Below, piece by piece: positions 10,322 through 23,837 of a stretch of DNA of 64,000 nt. Within the stretch, counting starts at the first letter, position 1. The number at the start of each line of letters is the position of its first letter. A program made the translations under genes and the position numbers. This DNA is from Amoebidium appalachense (Eukaryota > Protista > Ichthyosporea). The stretch lies in NCBI GenBank assembly GCA_963693365.1, contig CAVNZM010000004.1, positions 4,147,447 to 4,211,446 of the forward strand. Direction: 5' to 3'. Below the pieces are notes generated by a model, which was given only the letters and a program-made list of their open reading frames with translations, searched no databases and was not told the DNA's origin.

Positions 10322-10481
10322 GTGGTAGCTAACTAAGTCATCGAACCGCACAGGATACTCAAACGCAGACACATAAGCGCGCGCGCACACACACACACAC
10401 AACGGATGTGTGGGTGGAGATGGCCGCCCCCCCGGGTGCATGTTACGTGTGTGTGTGTGTGTGTGTGGTTTTTTTTTTTTT

Positions 10482-10520
<39 letters not shown>

Positions 10521-10585
10521 AAGGGAGGGAGGGGTTGCAATGTGCTTTCAGATATGCAGCTCGTGGACCCATTATTTCGTATGTT

Positions 10586-10787
10586 TCATTATGAAAAGCC
10601 TTGGATATACTCGAAAATTGTGTAAATGCTTATTATTGTTATCACTGAGAGATAACACCGGAACCAGCCGGGGTCTCTTCAGCCTGCTATCATTATGAAA
10701 AGCCTTGGATGAAAATTGTGTAAATGCTTATTATTGTTATCACTGAGAGATAACACCGGAACCAGCCGGGGTCTCTTCAGCCTGCTA
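10586..10787. repeat. ~105-bp tandem duplication
   Basis: TCATTATGAAAAGCCTTGGAT...GGTCTCTTCAGCCTGCTA at 10586 and 10691. Confidence 0.9.
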
Positions 10788-11152
10788 CCAGTCAACCAGG
10801 TGGCCGGTGTGTTGCCTAGTCACTAGGCGTTACAAAAAGGGGAAAATCGAATGTGTGTATGTACCCTTTTCATACTACAGTTCAGGGGGCCTAAACGAGC
10901 AGAGTTCCCATAACCCATTCTTCGGGTTTACTTTGGCATCTAAGAGCAAATATCCGCAAATATCCAGATACTATATTTCGAAATTCGAACTATCTTCCAA
11001 CCTCACGTGATACATGTACAGACAAACCCATACCTGCTCATCCACACCAAAGAAGTCTTTGAAACCCATGTACTCACCCCAATCCGCTGTAAATCTATAT
11101 ATAGCACGTCATACCTATACTTAGCATTTCATTTCCACCAGCTCTTTAAGTT

Positions 11153-11331
11153 TCAGGCCTTGTTGATAAGCTTGCCCCAGGAAATAATTCCCCCAGTGAG
11201 ATTGTAGACGTTGGGGTAGCCCATACCCTTAAGCATGGCAGCAGCCGTGGAAGAGCGAACACCGGACCGGCACACACAGACAATGCGCTTGCCCTTGTGT
11301 GGCTCTAACTTGCTCTGCGGGTGAAAAATCG

Positions 11332-11378
<47 letters not shown>

Positions 11379-11416
11379 AGGGGGGGGGGAGGGGGGGGAG
11401 GAAGAGGGGGACCGGG

Positions 11417-11458
<42 letters not shown>

Positions 11459-11582
11459 GGGGTTGGGTTGAGGGAAGGGTGGAATGCTGCATGTGTTCGC
11501 TGTTACTGCAGTTTAGGGGAGGACGGTTGAAAAAGGCTGGTGGGGCTGGGTGGCTCTCATTTTTTTTTCTTTTTTTTTTTTG

Positions 11583-11619
<37 letters not shown>

Positions 11620-12129
11620 AAGCAGCTAATGACGGATATATTTTGTAGTGATATCATACCCCCCCCCCCCCCCCCCTCCGGGGATGCCCACTGAGACTAC
11701 GCACACAACCATAAGAACAAGCCAACTCTTTTCAGAGGCTCCGTGTGCCTCTTCCCCCCCCCCCCCCCCCCCGCTCCCCTTCCCCTCCTTTGATGCTCGT
11801 TTGTGTGTAGTCTCTCTAACCAGGAATTGAAGTGTGGTTAGTGTGTACGTGTGTGTGTGTGTGTGTGGACGTGTGCATGTGTGCGTGTGTGCACCCACCA
11901 GGTTAGCAATGATCTTCTTGACGGGGATGTGCATGCCGTTGTACCGGGCAGCAATATCGTCCACCTCGTTGTACTCAAACGGCTCACGCACGTCAACAAC
12001 AAGCACATCCTGTACGTGTGTGTGTACGTGTCCGTGTGTGCATGTGTGTGGGAGTAAAAAGGTTAAAGAGTCTCTTGATGGATTTGAAGCCATGTTTTAT
12101 CCATACGGAGAGGCGGGGAGGGGGGGGGG

Positions 12130-12199
<70 letters not shown>

Positions 12200-12617
12200 G
12201 GAGGGGGGCCGGGAGGGGAAGGGGGGGATGCAGAGAGATGACTGGTTGGTGTGGGTAGGGGGAGGCAGAGGTGGAAGCTAGGTGAATGGGATGCAGGGGT
12301 GGAGGGCCGGGGAGGGAGAGGTGGGGGGGGGGGGGAGGTGGGAGTGGGGGGGGGGGGGGGAGAGGAGGGGAGACAGTGGGGAAGGGGCAGTGTTGCAATC
12401 TAAAGAATAATAGCTCTCTCGTGATGGTGATGGTCTGTGTGTGTGTGTGTGTGTGTGTGGATTGGTGGGTATGTACCTGTGGTTCAGGGGGTATGTTGGT
12501 GAGGTGAAGTGGTGTATGTGTGTGTGGGGAGGGGGTGGTGGTGGTGGGGGGGGAGGGGGGGGAGGGGGGGAAGTGGGGGTGGTGGGGGCGGGGGGAGTAG
12601 CTGTTCGGAGCGGGGAT

Positions 12618-12650
<33 letters not shown>

Positions 12651-13380
12651 ATGTTTGAGAGGAGTGAGATGGAGGGGAGAGGGGGGAGGCAGGGGAGGAG
12701 TAGGAGGAGGGGGGGGAGGGGGGGGGGGGTCTGACCTCAAGCTTGTGATCCATGGTGTTCTTCAGAGCCTCAGCTGGCATCTGCAGGACACTGGCAAGAG
12801 CAGTGTACCTGTGGATAGGTGGGGTGAGTGGGTGGGTCTTCACTTATCATTCTGTTTTAAGTGGGTTTGGTGGCGGTGGTGGCGCGCGCGCGCACGTGTG
12901 TGTGTGTGTGCGGGGGGGGGGGGGGGGAGGGGGGGAGGTTAGGTGATGGGGGCGACCAGGGAGATTCGGCGGTGGGGGGAGGGAGGGGATGGGGAGGGGG
13001 GAGCAGGTGCCCGTCTCTCATCCACTAGATAGCACTAGCGAGTGTCTAAAACCCAATCATTCTGTTAATTCAGATGCCGGGGAAAGAGGTAATATGGCAG
13101 GCGGGGAGGGGAGAAAAGTCCCCGGGCGGGCGGGGAGGGGGGTGGGGTGGGGTGGGGATGATGGTTCATTCCACCAAGTTGTGTGATATTGAATGTGGAT
13201 GCATCGGTGGATGAGCGGAATAGAGTAGTAAAAGGGGGGGAAAGGGAGGGGTCGCTAATAAGGCACACCAGGGGGGGAAGGGGGGGGGGGGGGGGGGGTA
13301 GATGGTACACAATACGAAGGACATAAATGAACAGTGTGGATAGGAGAAATGGGTGGTGGTGGTATTGGGTGAACGGGGAA

Positions 13381-13414
<34 letters not shown>

Positions 13415-15048
13415 GCAGGCACACGTACTGGGGGATGTTTTCAGACTTGTCGTCGACAGCGCCAATGTTGACCTGCAGAGCTTCCATGATCTTCTCCGGC
13501 AGAGGCAAACCCAGATTGGTCATCAGCTCAACATACTGCTCCTTGGTCTTACCGGCAACACGTGGATTGGTCGCTTTTTCAATACCAATTGTCGACGACG
13601 TGTTACCGCGGTAGTCGTGGCCCGGGCAAACAACCGTCTCGTCCGGGAGTGCAAACAGTATTTTGGTGATGCTGTCGTATGACTGCTCCGGGCTTCCACC
13701 AGCGAAATCGGTGCGTCCCGAACCACCAACGAGAAGGGTGTCGCCACTGAAAACAACCTTGGCCTCGGGTGTGTAGAAGCTCAGAGAGTCACCCGTGTGA
13801 CCGGGCGTAGCAAGCGTTTGCAGTTTCATGTCACCAATAGGAAGAACCTATGAATAGATAAATGGGTGGGGGATGATGTTAGCGGTTGGAGAGGGCTGTT
13901 AAATAAAATAAAAGCAGGTCCCCTACCCGGGGGGGAAGGGAGGCTGAGAATGGCATAGCTGACTAAGTACAATGATGCCCAATGAAAAACACGGTGCACG
14001 TCTGTGGTTGGTTGAGGCTGGGTGGGCAGCACAAGCACCCGGTGTCTAAATATCCCTATGCTCGAGAACCTTGGGGGTGGTAGAAGTGGGGGGAGGTTGG
14101 GGGGAGACGTACGGTGCCATGGTCCAAGCGGACATGGGCATGTGGCGATGGCGCGTAGGTGGACATGGCGATCTTGGCACCAGTGAAGAAGGAGAGTGCC
14201 TCCACTGCAATGGAAAATAACGATAAGAAACGACACAACAAATAATAAAGTCCTGATTTTAAAAAAACATCCGTTGTAACCATGGTTCTTTCAACTGCGC
14301 TTTACCCCCCCGCTCCCCCCTCCCCCCACCTTCCCATTCCCCCATCCCATTAGGTTTTGGGCTACAAATGAGTAGCATGAGGGCATGGCAGGCAGCATAT
14401 TTCAGATGGAGCGCCCATATGTGTACTCAGTTTGGTATAGAAGTTGAGTAATCTGCTGGACGGTGAGGGGGGGAAGGAGGGGAGAAGGGGGACAAGGGGG
14501 GGAGGGGGGGAGAGAGAGTGGGGTGGGGGGGGGGGGGGGGGGGGTGAGGGAGGATACGTACTTCCAGTGAAGTGATCTGCATGGCTGTGAGTCTCAATAA
14601 GATAATCGAGCTTGAACTGGTGATAACCCAAGATAGCCAGGTACTTGTCCATGTAGTCTCTGAGGGCGTCAATCAGAGCCGCGCGCTTGCTGACTTTATC
14701 GGCCACAAGGTACGTCTTGCACTGTTTTCCATTGAGCTCCTGCACAAGGTACCGATCTGTTTCCAGCTTCACCGGGACGCTGCTCACAAAGCGCGCCAAA
14801 ATGGTCCCTGCGACCGGGCCGGCGGCTTTGACGATTTGCTTGGCTGCAAGGAGAGAGAGATGAGTGTGTTATAGCAGTGCTTGAATTGTTGGACAGCCCC
14901 CATGTAACAAGAGAACCCCCTCCAAAGGATGCGTGGATTGATTATTCACATATGCTACTGCATAGATGTCATAGGTGCATAAGCAAGAGTGTCAACGTAT
15001 AAGTTGATACTTACCCAAAGGCCGAAGGACAGAGCTATGTGCCAACAT
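11153..15048 (-). CDS. ETHE1: Persulfide dioxygenase (ETHE1-like metallo-beta-lactamase fold) fused to a C-terminal rhodanese, with an N-terminal mitochondrial-type presequence; ~390 aa, 7 exons
   Basis: Exons 15048-15015, 14843-14562, 14204-14113, 13847-13429, 12808-12736, 12009-11899, 11314-11153 are all GT-AG and total 1173 nt in frame. Motifs: [47 protein letters not shown]; rhodanese [15 protein letters not shown] and [12 protein letters not shown]-terminus [30 protein letters not shown] has no acidic residues. Confidence 0.92.
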
Positions 15049-16051
15049 CTTCCATAAACTCAGAGATCTCAAATATGGTAAATTGCCCTGCAGGGTCGGA
15101 CCAACAACCCTTTTTGATGGAACTGAGAGGAGTCACGGCCGTTTTGTAACTTTTCAAAGGGCAAAAAGGCGCACTGGAAAGTTCCACCAATCACAATTCA
15201 GATTATCGGATTTTGTTAACCAATAGAAAATTGCGTAAAAACAAGATTTGCAGATAGAAGGCACGTATCCTGTGGTAAGTACTAAAAATGCTCATTTATA
15301 AAATCGATTTGAATATTGTTTTGAGATTATGTCTTCTTCTCCATTAATATACGTGCTAAAAAACTAAGGCAAATACTACAAATACTGCCTTGTCATCGCC
15401 CTGAATGTATCACGGTCATTTGGGTGTGCCGGTCTAGGTCCCCCGATACCTCAACTTGCATAGATCCCTCTAATTTGCATCCTCATATAGTCAGATTTGT
15501 TTACTTCGTAGTGATTCTCCGTTTTATGAACCTTTAGAAACATATAGTCATTTTAAAATTCTATAAATAAATAAATATTAAGATTTCTAGTGATTTTATG
15601 CCTCTTTTAGTTGTGCATGTTAGTAATATCGGCCTTGTTAGTTTTTTGGTGCATTCCTTTGCCGGGTAAAGTCGGCTCACGCAGATGATTTAGGGAGAAT
15701 TCAAGGTGCACGGACGGCGGGGGCCGCTGCACGGTGGGGTTTCCGTGCCGCACGCCCTCAAGGATCCCGCAGTGCAAAATGGTTTTAAAATCTTCGAATT
15801 AGCTATGCAATAGCCTTAATTTTATCGATTAACTAGAAGGCATTAAAGAAGGTGAATGAGGGGATTCACGAGTCTTTGGCTGCGACCGGCAGGCTGGACT
15901 CGGCAGTGTCGGCACGGTCAAACGTTCCGTGGTGACGTGGTCCATGCAGAATAGTGATCACTGAATACCAAGTTGGTGCCTTCCAAAATTTCCTATTGGT
16001 TGCTTTCAAGTAACCAATCACTGCAATGGACTCCGACAAACTGAAACATCA

Positions 16052-16330
16052 TTAAGCCTATGTAAATCTATCCCAACAAACTACCTAAATATCATATTGC
16101 TTTTCTCCCGATCTATCACAAAACCTACCTAAATATCATAGATCATATCCCGGAAAATCCCGAAAAATGGACCTAAATATCAAGTTCATCTATCCCTTGG
16201 GCCCCTATCTATCCCGAGAAATATCATTTTTCTCTCGCTGAAGCCTAAATATCCGGGCTAATATCCGGTGCTAAACTTAGCCCGGCGGGCAGGTATCCAT
16301 AATATTTCGAACACTCAGGCCTAAGTATCA

Positions 16331-16395
<65 letters not shown>

Positions 16396-16443
16396 ATGTG
16401 TGTGTGTGGGTGTGTGTGTGGCCGGGTGGGTGGGTGGGTGGGT

Positions 16444-16497
<54 letters not shown>

Positions 16498-16725
16498 TGC
16501 ATGCATGCATAAAAAGGATATGCATATGGATCATATGCACCATTACGTACGTGTGAGTCGTGACAAGTCTGCAGTGCACGTGTGGCCGGCCCCGGCCTCG
16601 ATTGAGGGCGGGGGGTGGGGGGGGGGGGCCCGGGGGAAGGGGGGGGGGGGGGGGGGGGGGGAAGGAATAACTTGTATGCATGCATGAAAAAGAGTATGTG
16701 TGCACGAACCAGAAGGCCAAAGGCT

Positions 16726-16757
<32 letters not shown>

Positions 16758-17136
16758 GGACTCAAGGCACGGGACGGTCTTGCCACCACAATGAAATTTT
16801 CTCCTTGCTCACGTCGACTACTTATCTTCTACTACATATACATGACTTTTTATCAGCCTGACTTTCCTCTCGTTCACAACCTTGATCTTAGCCTATTTGC
16901 TGTGATATCCCTGGCCACAAACATATATAATATATCCCTAAACCCACGGGATACCTAAATATATCCTGGGCGCTCGACCGGGATATATCCCCCCCTGTGG
17001 ATAGATTGGAAATCCCGCCCCTCCCTAAATATCATTTGGAACTATCCCAAAACTGCCTAAATATCCGGATATATCCCATTTCCCGAGGACCCCTAAATAT
17101 CCTGTGGATATGCGGGATTTTTTTACTTAGGCTTAA
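16052..17136. mobile_element. Non-autonomous TIR DNA element (~1085 bp) with 6-bp target-site duplication
   Basis: Ends TTAAGCCTATGTAAA... and ...TTTACTTAGGCTTAA; ACATCA duplicated at 16046-16051 and 17137-17142; repeated subterminal CCTAAATATC motifs near both ends; no coding capacity. Confidence 0.75.
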
Positions 17137-17922
17137 ACATCATCAGATGATGTTTCAGTTTGACTTTGTCGGAGCACGGATCAGGGTGTGAAATTTGTTG
17201 TAGGCTCGTCCCATTTTGCCAACTTTCCACCAGCCTGGTTGGCCCTAATAGAGCCAACAACCTTTTTTTAGGTGTATTTTCTTATTATATTTGGCACTGT
17301 TAGGGCCAATTTTGGGAAATCTAACCTCAAAAAGTTAGGGACAGTTTTCTGACTTTCAGGGACAATTTTCTGGTCCTAAACCCCCTAGTCTCACAGCCTG
17401 CATCATCTGCAGCGTTTAAAAAAGTGTGTAAACCCCATCTGCATCACGCATTCCAAATTCCAAACAGCAAAAAAACTTTCAAGATGACAGCCTGCCAAGC
17501 AGCTCTGTGTGCACATTTGTCGATACGATTTTCTAAATGCCACCAGGAAACCACCAGGATGGGCACAGTAACACATCGATGTCTGCTGCATTATTCCGTC
17601 ACACTGTACATGCTATAATAGGATGTAAATACATTTGACATGTCGAATTTGCGGCGTCGGCGCATGCATTGCACGACCGGCTCACCCGTGATGGGGTCTT
17701 ACGCACGCGGTTGATTACGCTAACCAATGAGCCGGGGCCAGAAGATGGACAAAGTTTTTGATTGGCTCCCCTGTGTCCTGACTCCTGGGGGAAGTCAACA
17801 AAAAGAGATGCACGCTGCTTCCCACCTCCAGTCACACCCTTCATAAGTCAAAGGCGAGGCTTGTTCCGAAAATTCTAGGCCTACATAACTTCTAAACGTG
17901 TTTCACGTTATCTGTCAACAAA

Positions 17923-19625
17923 ATGGCTGTTCTAACCAAGTCCTATAAGGTGGTGGTGGTGGGTGCCGGCTCTGGTGGGTTGGCCGTCGCGGCTGCCCTT
18001 GGCCGGCGCCTTGGTAAAGGAAACGTGGCGGTGGTGGACGACTCCAAGACACACTACTACCAGCCCCTGTGGACTCTGGTGAGTCTAGATCTCTTTTGAA
18101 CTCTGTTCTTTTTCAGCATTTCCGTAAATTGCTCTTTATATTTGGCATTTGCACGCCTGGTTTTTGTGAATGATTATGAAGTGTGTGGGTGGCCACTTTT
18201 ACCCATAGTATAGTTGAATTTGTGGACACGTTTTGTGCAGGCTGGCCCTCGTAAATTTTATGGGCATGCTAATGACTACTTCTAGGGCTGTAGCGAAGGA
18301 AGAAGTGTGCAAGAATGAATGGTGAAATTGCGTAGTGGCTTAGTTCTATAAGAACGTGACTACCCATCACCTGCATGCTAATGACTACTTCTAGGGCTGT
18401 AGCGAAGGAAGAAGTGTGCAAGAATGAATGGTGAAATTGTGTAGTGGCTTAGTTCTATAAGAACGTGACTACCATCACCTCACCTTACAGACAACTAACT
18501 TATTGGTTTTCTTTTTCCCTTTTCCAATGTAGGTCGGTGGTGGCCTGAAGAAAGTGGAGGACTCTGCCAGGTCCATGGAGTCCGTCATGTCACGTGATGT
18601 GGACTGGCTTAAGACCAAGGCTGCTGGCTTCATGCCGGAGGAAAACACAGTGGTCACCGCTTCGGGCGACAAGGTGTGTGTGTCATGTTTCTTCTTTCAA
18701 TTGTGGCACAGTCACATTATTTATATTGGGTATCTCTCTGTAGATAGTGTCGGTTGTAGATTAGATGTAGAATGGTTTTTTTTTGCTGCAGTCTCTCTTT
18801 CTCCCTCCCTCCTTCATTCATTCACTCACTCACACAGGCACACACAAACACACTCTCTCTCTTCTCCCCCTCTATCTCCCCCTCCCCCTCTCCCACAGAG
18901 TCTCTCGTGTGTTTTTGTGTGTTTGTGGGTGTACGTTTGTGAATGTGTGTGTGTGCTACACACCCTGGGTGCATGCGTGTGTGGGTGCACGACCGGCATA
19001 CACCTTTTAACACTTCCTTTTTCCTCTTGTGCAGGTCAAATACGATCACCTCGTTGTTGCCACCGGTGTCCAGATCGACTGGCACATGATCGACGGGCTC
19101 AAAGACGCCCTCGAGGCAAACAGTGTCGTCAGCAACTACTCGCCCAAATACGTCACAAACACATTCCAGCACATTAACTCTCTGCAGAACGGTAACGCAA
19201 TCTTCACATTCCCCTCGTCCCCCGTCAAATGCGCCGGCGCCCCCCAGAAGATTATGTACATGGCGGAGCATAACTTCCGCAACCGCGGCGTACGGGACAA
19301 TGTCAACGTGATGTTTAACCACGCAGGCGACAAGATTTTCGGCGTTGCGAAATACGCCAAAACTCTGGCTAAGATTTGTGAGGACCGGAAAATCGAGCTG
19401 AATTTCGCCCGCGATCTGGTTGCCGTGCGCCACGCTTCCAAGGAGGGTGTGTTTAAGAATTTGAAGACGGGTCAGGAGGAAGTGTTCAAGTATGACTTCA
19501 TGCACGTTACCCCTCACATGGGCCCCATTGAGATCATGAAGGGCTCCCCCATCGCCAACGCCGCGGGCTGGGTCGATGTCAACCCTGCCACTCTGCAGCA
19601 CGCAAAGTATGTACACTGTTTCTTA

Positions 19626-19673
<48 letters not shown>

Positions 19674-20868
19674 GGGAAGGGAGGGGGCGGGAAAGTGAGT
19701 GCGGGGGGAAGAGGGGTGAAAACGAGAGACTGCAAGCAAGCACAGGGGGGAAGGAATGCATTAGGTTTGGAAGCAAGCCCTCCGGAAGGGGGGGGGGGGG
19801 GGTGGGAGGGGAGAGGCCGGGGTAGGGACAGACGTAACAATATGGAGATGGGCAGGAGGTGTAGGGGCAGGAAGAGAATGGTGGGAGTGGGGGGAAGGGG
19901 GAGGATCCATGTTCGGGAAAATACAGAACTTCAGGGTGTTCGTTTTCTATTCTGCTCCCTCGGCCTCTCTCTTTTTCTCTGCTGTTCTCTCCCCTCTTTC
20001 TCTCTTTCTCTCCTCTCTCCTCAGGGTGTTCGCCTTCTGTTCTGCTCCCTCGGCCTCTCTCTCTTTCTCTGCTGTTCTCTCCTCTCGTTCTGCTCCCTCG
20101 GCTTCTCTCTCTTTCTCTGCTGTTCTCTCCTCTTTCTCTCTCTCTCCTCTCTCCTCTCTCTCTCTCTCCCCCCCTCAACCTCTCCCTCTCCCTCCCTCCC
20201 CTCCGAGCTCTCTCTACTCCCCCTCCCCTCCCCTCCCCCTCCCCCTCCCCCCCACCTCTCGCTCTCTCCTCCTCCCCCTCCCCCCCCTCCTCTTCCTTTT
20301 TTTCTTTTCCTTTTTCTTTTTCCCCCCCCCTTTTTCCTTCCCTTTCTTTCTTTCTTTCTTTCTTTTTTTTTTAGTGGGTTGGTGTGTGTGTGTGTGTGTG
20401 TTTGTGGGGGGGGGGGGGGAGGGGGGAGGGGGGAATTATTTAACAGGGACTTGAGAAAACAGCATGCTAACCGCCCTTACCCCCCACCACAGGTATGAGA
20501 ACATCTTTGCCCTCGGTGACTGCACCAGCGCCCCCACCAGCAAAACCGCCGCCGCCATCAGCAGCCAAAACATGGTCGTGCGCCGCAACCTGCTGGCCCA
20601 CATGCAGGGAAAACCCATGCCCGAGATATACGATGGATATACCTCGTGCCCCCTCGTCACTGGATACGGCGAGCTCATTTTGGCAGAGTTCGATTATGAT
20701 GGGAAGCCGCTTGAGACGTTCCCTGTCGATCAGGGTATCCCCCGGCGCATCATGTACCACCTTAAGAAGGATCTTATGCCCCCCATGTATTGGTATGGTC
20801 TGCTTAACGGGTATTGGAATGGGCCTAAGCTCATGCGCAAGCTCCTCAAGTTTGACCCCATGGCCTAG
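17923..20868 (+). CDS. SQOR: Sulfide:quinone oxidoreductase (type II, SQOR/HMT2-like), 414 aa, 4 exons
   Basis: Exons 17923-18078, 18533-18673, 19035-19606, 20493-20868 total 1245 nt in frame. Rossmann VVVVGAGSGG, HYYQPLWTLVGGG, catalytic Cys motifs VKCAGAPQK and YDGYTSCPLVTG, NIFALGDC, and a C-terminal membrane-binding region DLMPPMYWYGLLNGYWNGP. Confidence 0.96.
18264..18480. repeat. 109-bp tandem duplication in SQOR intron 1
   Basis: GCATGCTAATGACTACTTCTAGGG...GTGACTACC(C)ATCACCT at 18264 and 18373. Confidence 0.9.
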
Positions 20869-21507
20869 ACGTTGAATTTCACCTTTAAATCCCCCTTCTT
20901 CCTCCCTTGCACTACAGACAAACACACGTACGCACACACACACACACACATCCTGATACGTCTGGGATCCGAGCATAGTCTATTACACAGTTCCTAGACA
21001 CTTCTTACTGACAACAACTTGATTATATGAAAAAAGGGCGAGAAAAAACCAACTTGATTATATGAAAAAAGGGCGAGAAGAAACTGTATGCAGATATTAT
21101 ATGTATGGATGCTGTAGTGAACGTGACATGTTGCACAGTGGGTGGCTCCATAGGGGTGTTATAATATTGTAGGCTATATTTGCGACTATCTACAATAACA
21201 TTCTGTAAATAGCACGTGAAAAATACTATCTAGGATAGAATTTCAAGGATATCTCTGGAATTAGCCGATATGCATGTATATAGGTGCGGTAAAAAAGCTG
21301 GGCCACTGGCCTGTTTTATCTGGCCGGAAGCGCTCACAAGGACCTGTTGTACGGTGTCTGTCTGTTGAAATTTGGTGATGGCTATCTCCGAGACATCTCG
21401 CAACACATCTTTATTTTGGATATTTTGCCCATTCAGCATGGGGGCTTTTAAATAAATTTTGGACCAGATTTCCCCTGAAACTCGAACTGAGAAAAACTGC
21501 AAACTCA

Positions 21508-21546
<39 letters not shown>

Positions 21547-21941
21547 GGACTTAATTCTTTTCAGCTGGTGTAGTATGTTAGCCAGGGAAGTATCGACGGG
21601 GGAGCTTCCTAGAAGCCCCGTCTCCTGAGTTCCTATCTATATTTTTCTTGCTTCTGCTTACTGCTGCAACTTTAACCCCCGGCCTTTCCCACTGCCCTTG
21701 CCTGCATAAGCAACCCTGCTCGTCTCTGATCAAGACGGGTGACCTACTCATGTTCAAGTGAAACAGTATCTGAGTTGGGTTTCGTTAACGAGGGGAATAG
21801 GTCGAAACTCGGGTACTGTGGATGACGTGGGCCCCCCCTGAGGATGGGCTCTGCTTATTATGCATACTCTTTATGTATGGCTTGCATTCTGCATCGTGTT
21901 ATCCGTTTGTTCTTGTGTACTTCGTACTTTTTGACGCATTC

Positions 21942-21981
<40 letters not shown>

Positions 21982-23192
21982 CGGCCCCCGGGGACCTACC
22001 ACCATCCTGGGCTATTAGCGCTTTGAGACCGGCCACCCACAACACTCAACACACACCATTCCTCCTTTCTTCTCCCCCCCCTCCCCCCCCCACCACCACC
22101 ACCACCACGTACCACCGCCACCGCGGTCTACTAGGGGCCGTCGGACTTCAAGGATCAGATGATGGCTAGTAACCCACCCAAGTATTACGTATAGCTTCCC
22201 AGTTCTAGACCACCCCTTTCGGCATCTATCAAGTCTTTAGGATCGTATCGTTGCATGCACATGCACACCAGGCCATTGTCGCAAATTTGGACCCCGGTAT
22301 GTCATGACAAGTTCTGGGGATATTTGGATTCAATTGCACGTGCACAGAGAACAAGACGTTCTTTTTTTTTGGGGGGGGGGGGGGGGAGGGGGGGGAAGGA
22401 GGGAGGGGAGGGGGGTAAACATACGTGGAAGGGTGGGTGGATTCCTGGGGAACTGGGGGGGAGGGTGGGAGAGAGGGGGAGGGGGGGGGGGGGGGGGGGG
22501 GGAGAGGAGGGAGGCATAGCTATCAACCATCATGACCGAGCCCTCAGTGATTGACATCGACCCAAAGGCATTAATGCCCCCCCCCCCCCCCCCCCTCCCC
22601 CCGCGTCTTCGCCCGCGCCATGGGGTTGGGTGCCTCGGAAGGGGCTGACTTCTAAACCCGGAACATTTGGTTTTGGGGGATTTCAAGCCAGTTTTCATTG
22701 GCTGTGTGAAACATGCTAGAACTCACTAAAGCGTAACAATTCAGAATCAGATTATTTCCGGGCCAGCAAGGGTTTTGCATTAACACCCACGTTATTTAGA
22801 CTATCGCGGTATATCGTAGAACGAAAGACCTTGAAATTGAACCCCCGTGCGTAAAACGACTATCTACATATATCTATTTATTCCGTTTTCTCCGGTGGGG
22901 CCCGGTCCCTTACTCATGAGAACTGCCGTCTTCCACCAAGCACGTGCACCGATCTGCAGCCTGTCTAGGGTGCGCACGATTAAATGGTGTAACCACGCGT
23001 ACACTGAATCACATAACTCGCCTTTAACGAAGTTGTCCAATTCTAACAATCAGTAGCAAACACACAGCCCAGAGAGTTTTTGCCCCAGGCCCGCTCGTTG
23101 CCATTGGCGATGATCTACACACGATTGGAATCTTTAGGCCAAATATTACGGAATTGCAAATATTTCCTGCAGCAGGCGCTTTTTTTTTTTTT

Positions 23193-23223
<31 letters not shown>

Positions 23224-23480
23224 GGGGGGGCAAAATCTTGAGGAATTGCGAATATTTCCTGCAGCAGGCGGGTTGGGGGGGGGGGGGGGGGGGGGGGGGG
23301 AGGGGGAGGGGGGGGGGGGGGGGGGGGGGGAGGGGAGCCTGGGGGGGGAGCGAGGGGGGGGGGGGGGGGGGGGGAGGTAAGGGGCTGGGCATCGGATCAT
23401 ACGGTGGGACTTCCCGCCACTTTCCCCAGCTAATCGTCACAGTGCTATGGGGATGGCCGTGGGTTCCCTATTCTAGCCAG

Positions 23481-23524
<44 letters not shown>

Positions 23525-23729
23525 TGTGGCTCCCTTTCGAATCCGCGCATGTTTCATATCCTAAACTAACCCTGGGCAACTGCAACATGTTTCTCCCGAA
23601 TAACTGACACATCAACGTGAATGCAACGGGGCAATTGCAACATTTGAGTAAATTGTACCATTTCATGCTGCAGCATGAATATCGCGCTTACTGCGTGCAC
23701 GTGTGTTTTTTGTGTGTTATTTACATGCG

Positions 23730-23837
<108 letters not shown>

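Noticed and set aside
17182-17400. Possible hAT-like MITE (CAGGGTGTGA ... TCACAGCCTG)
   Set aside because: Only a 10-bp imperfect inverted match and no target-site duplication.
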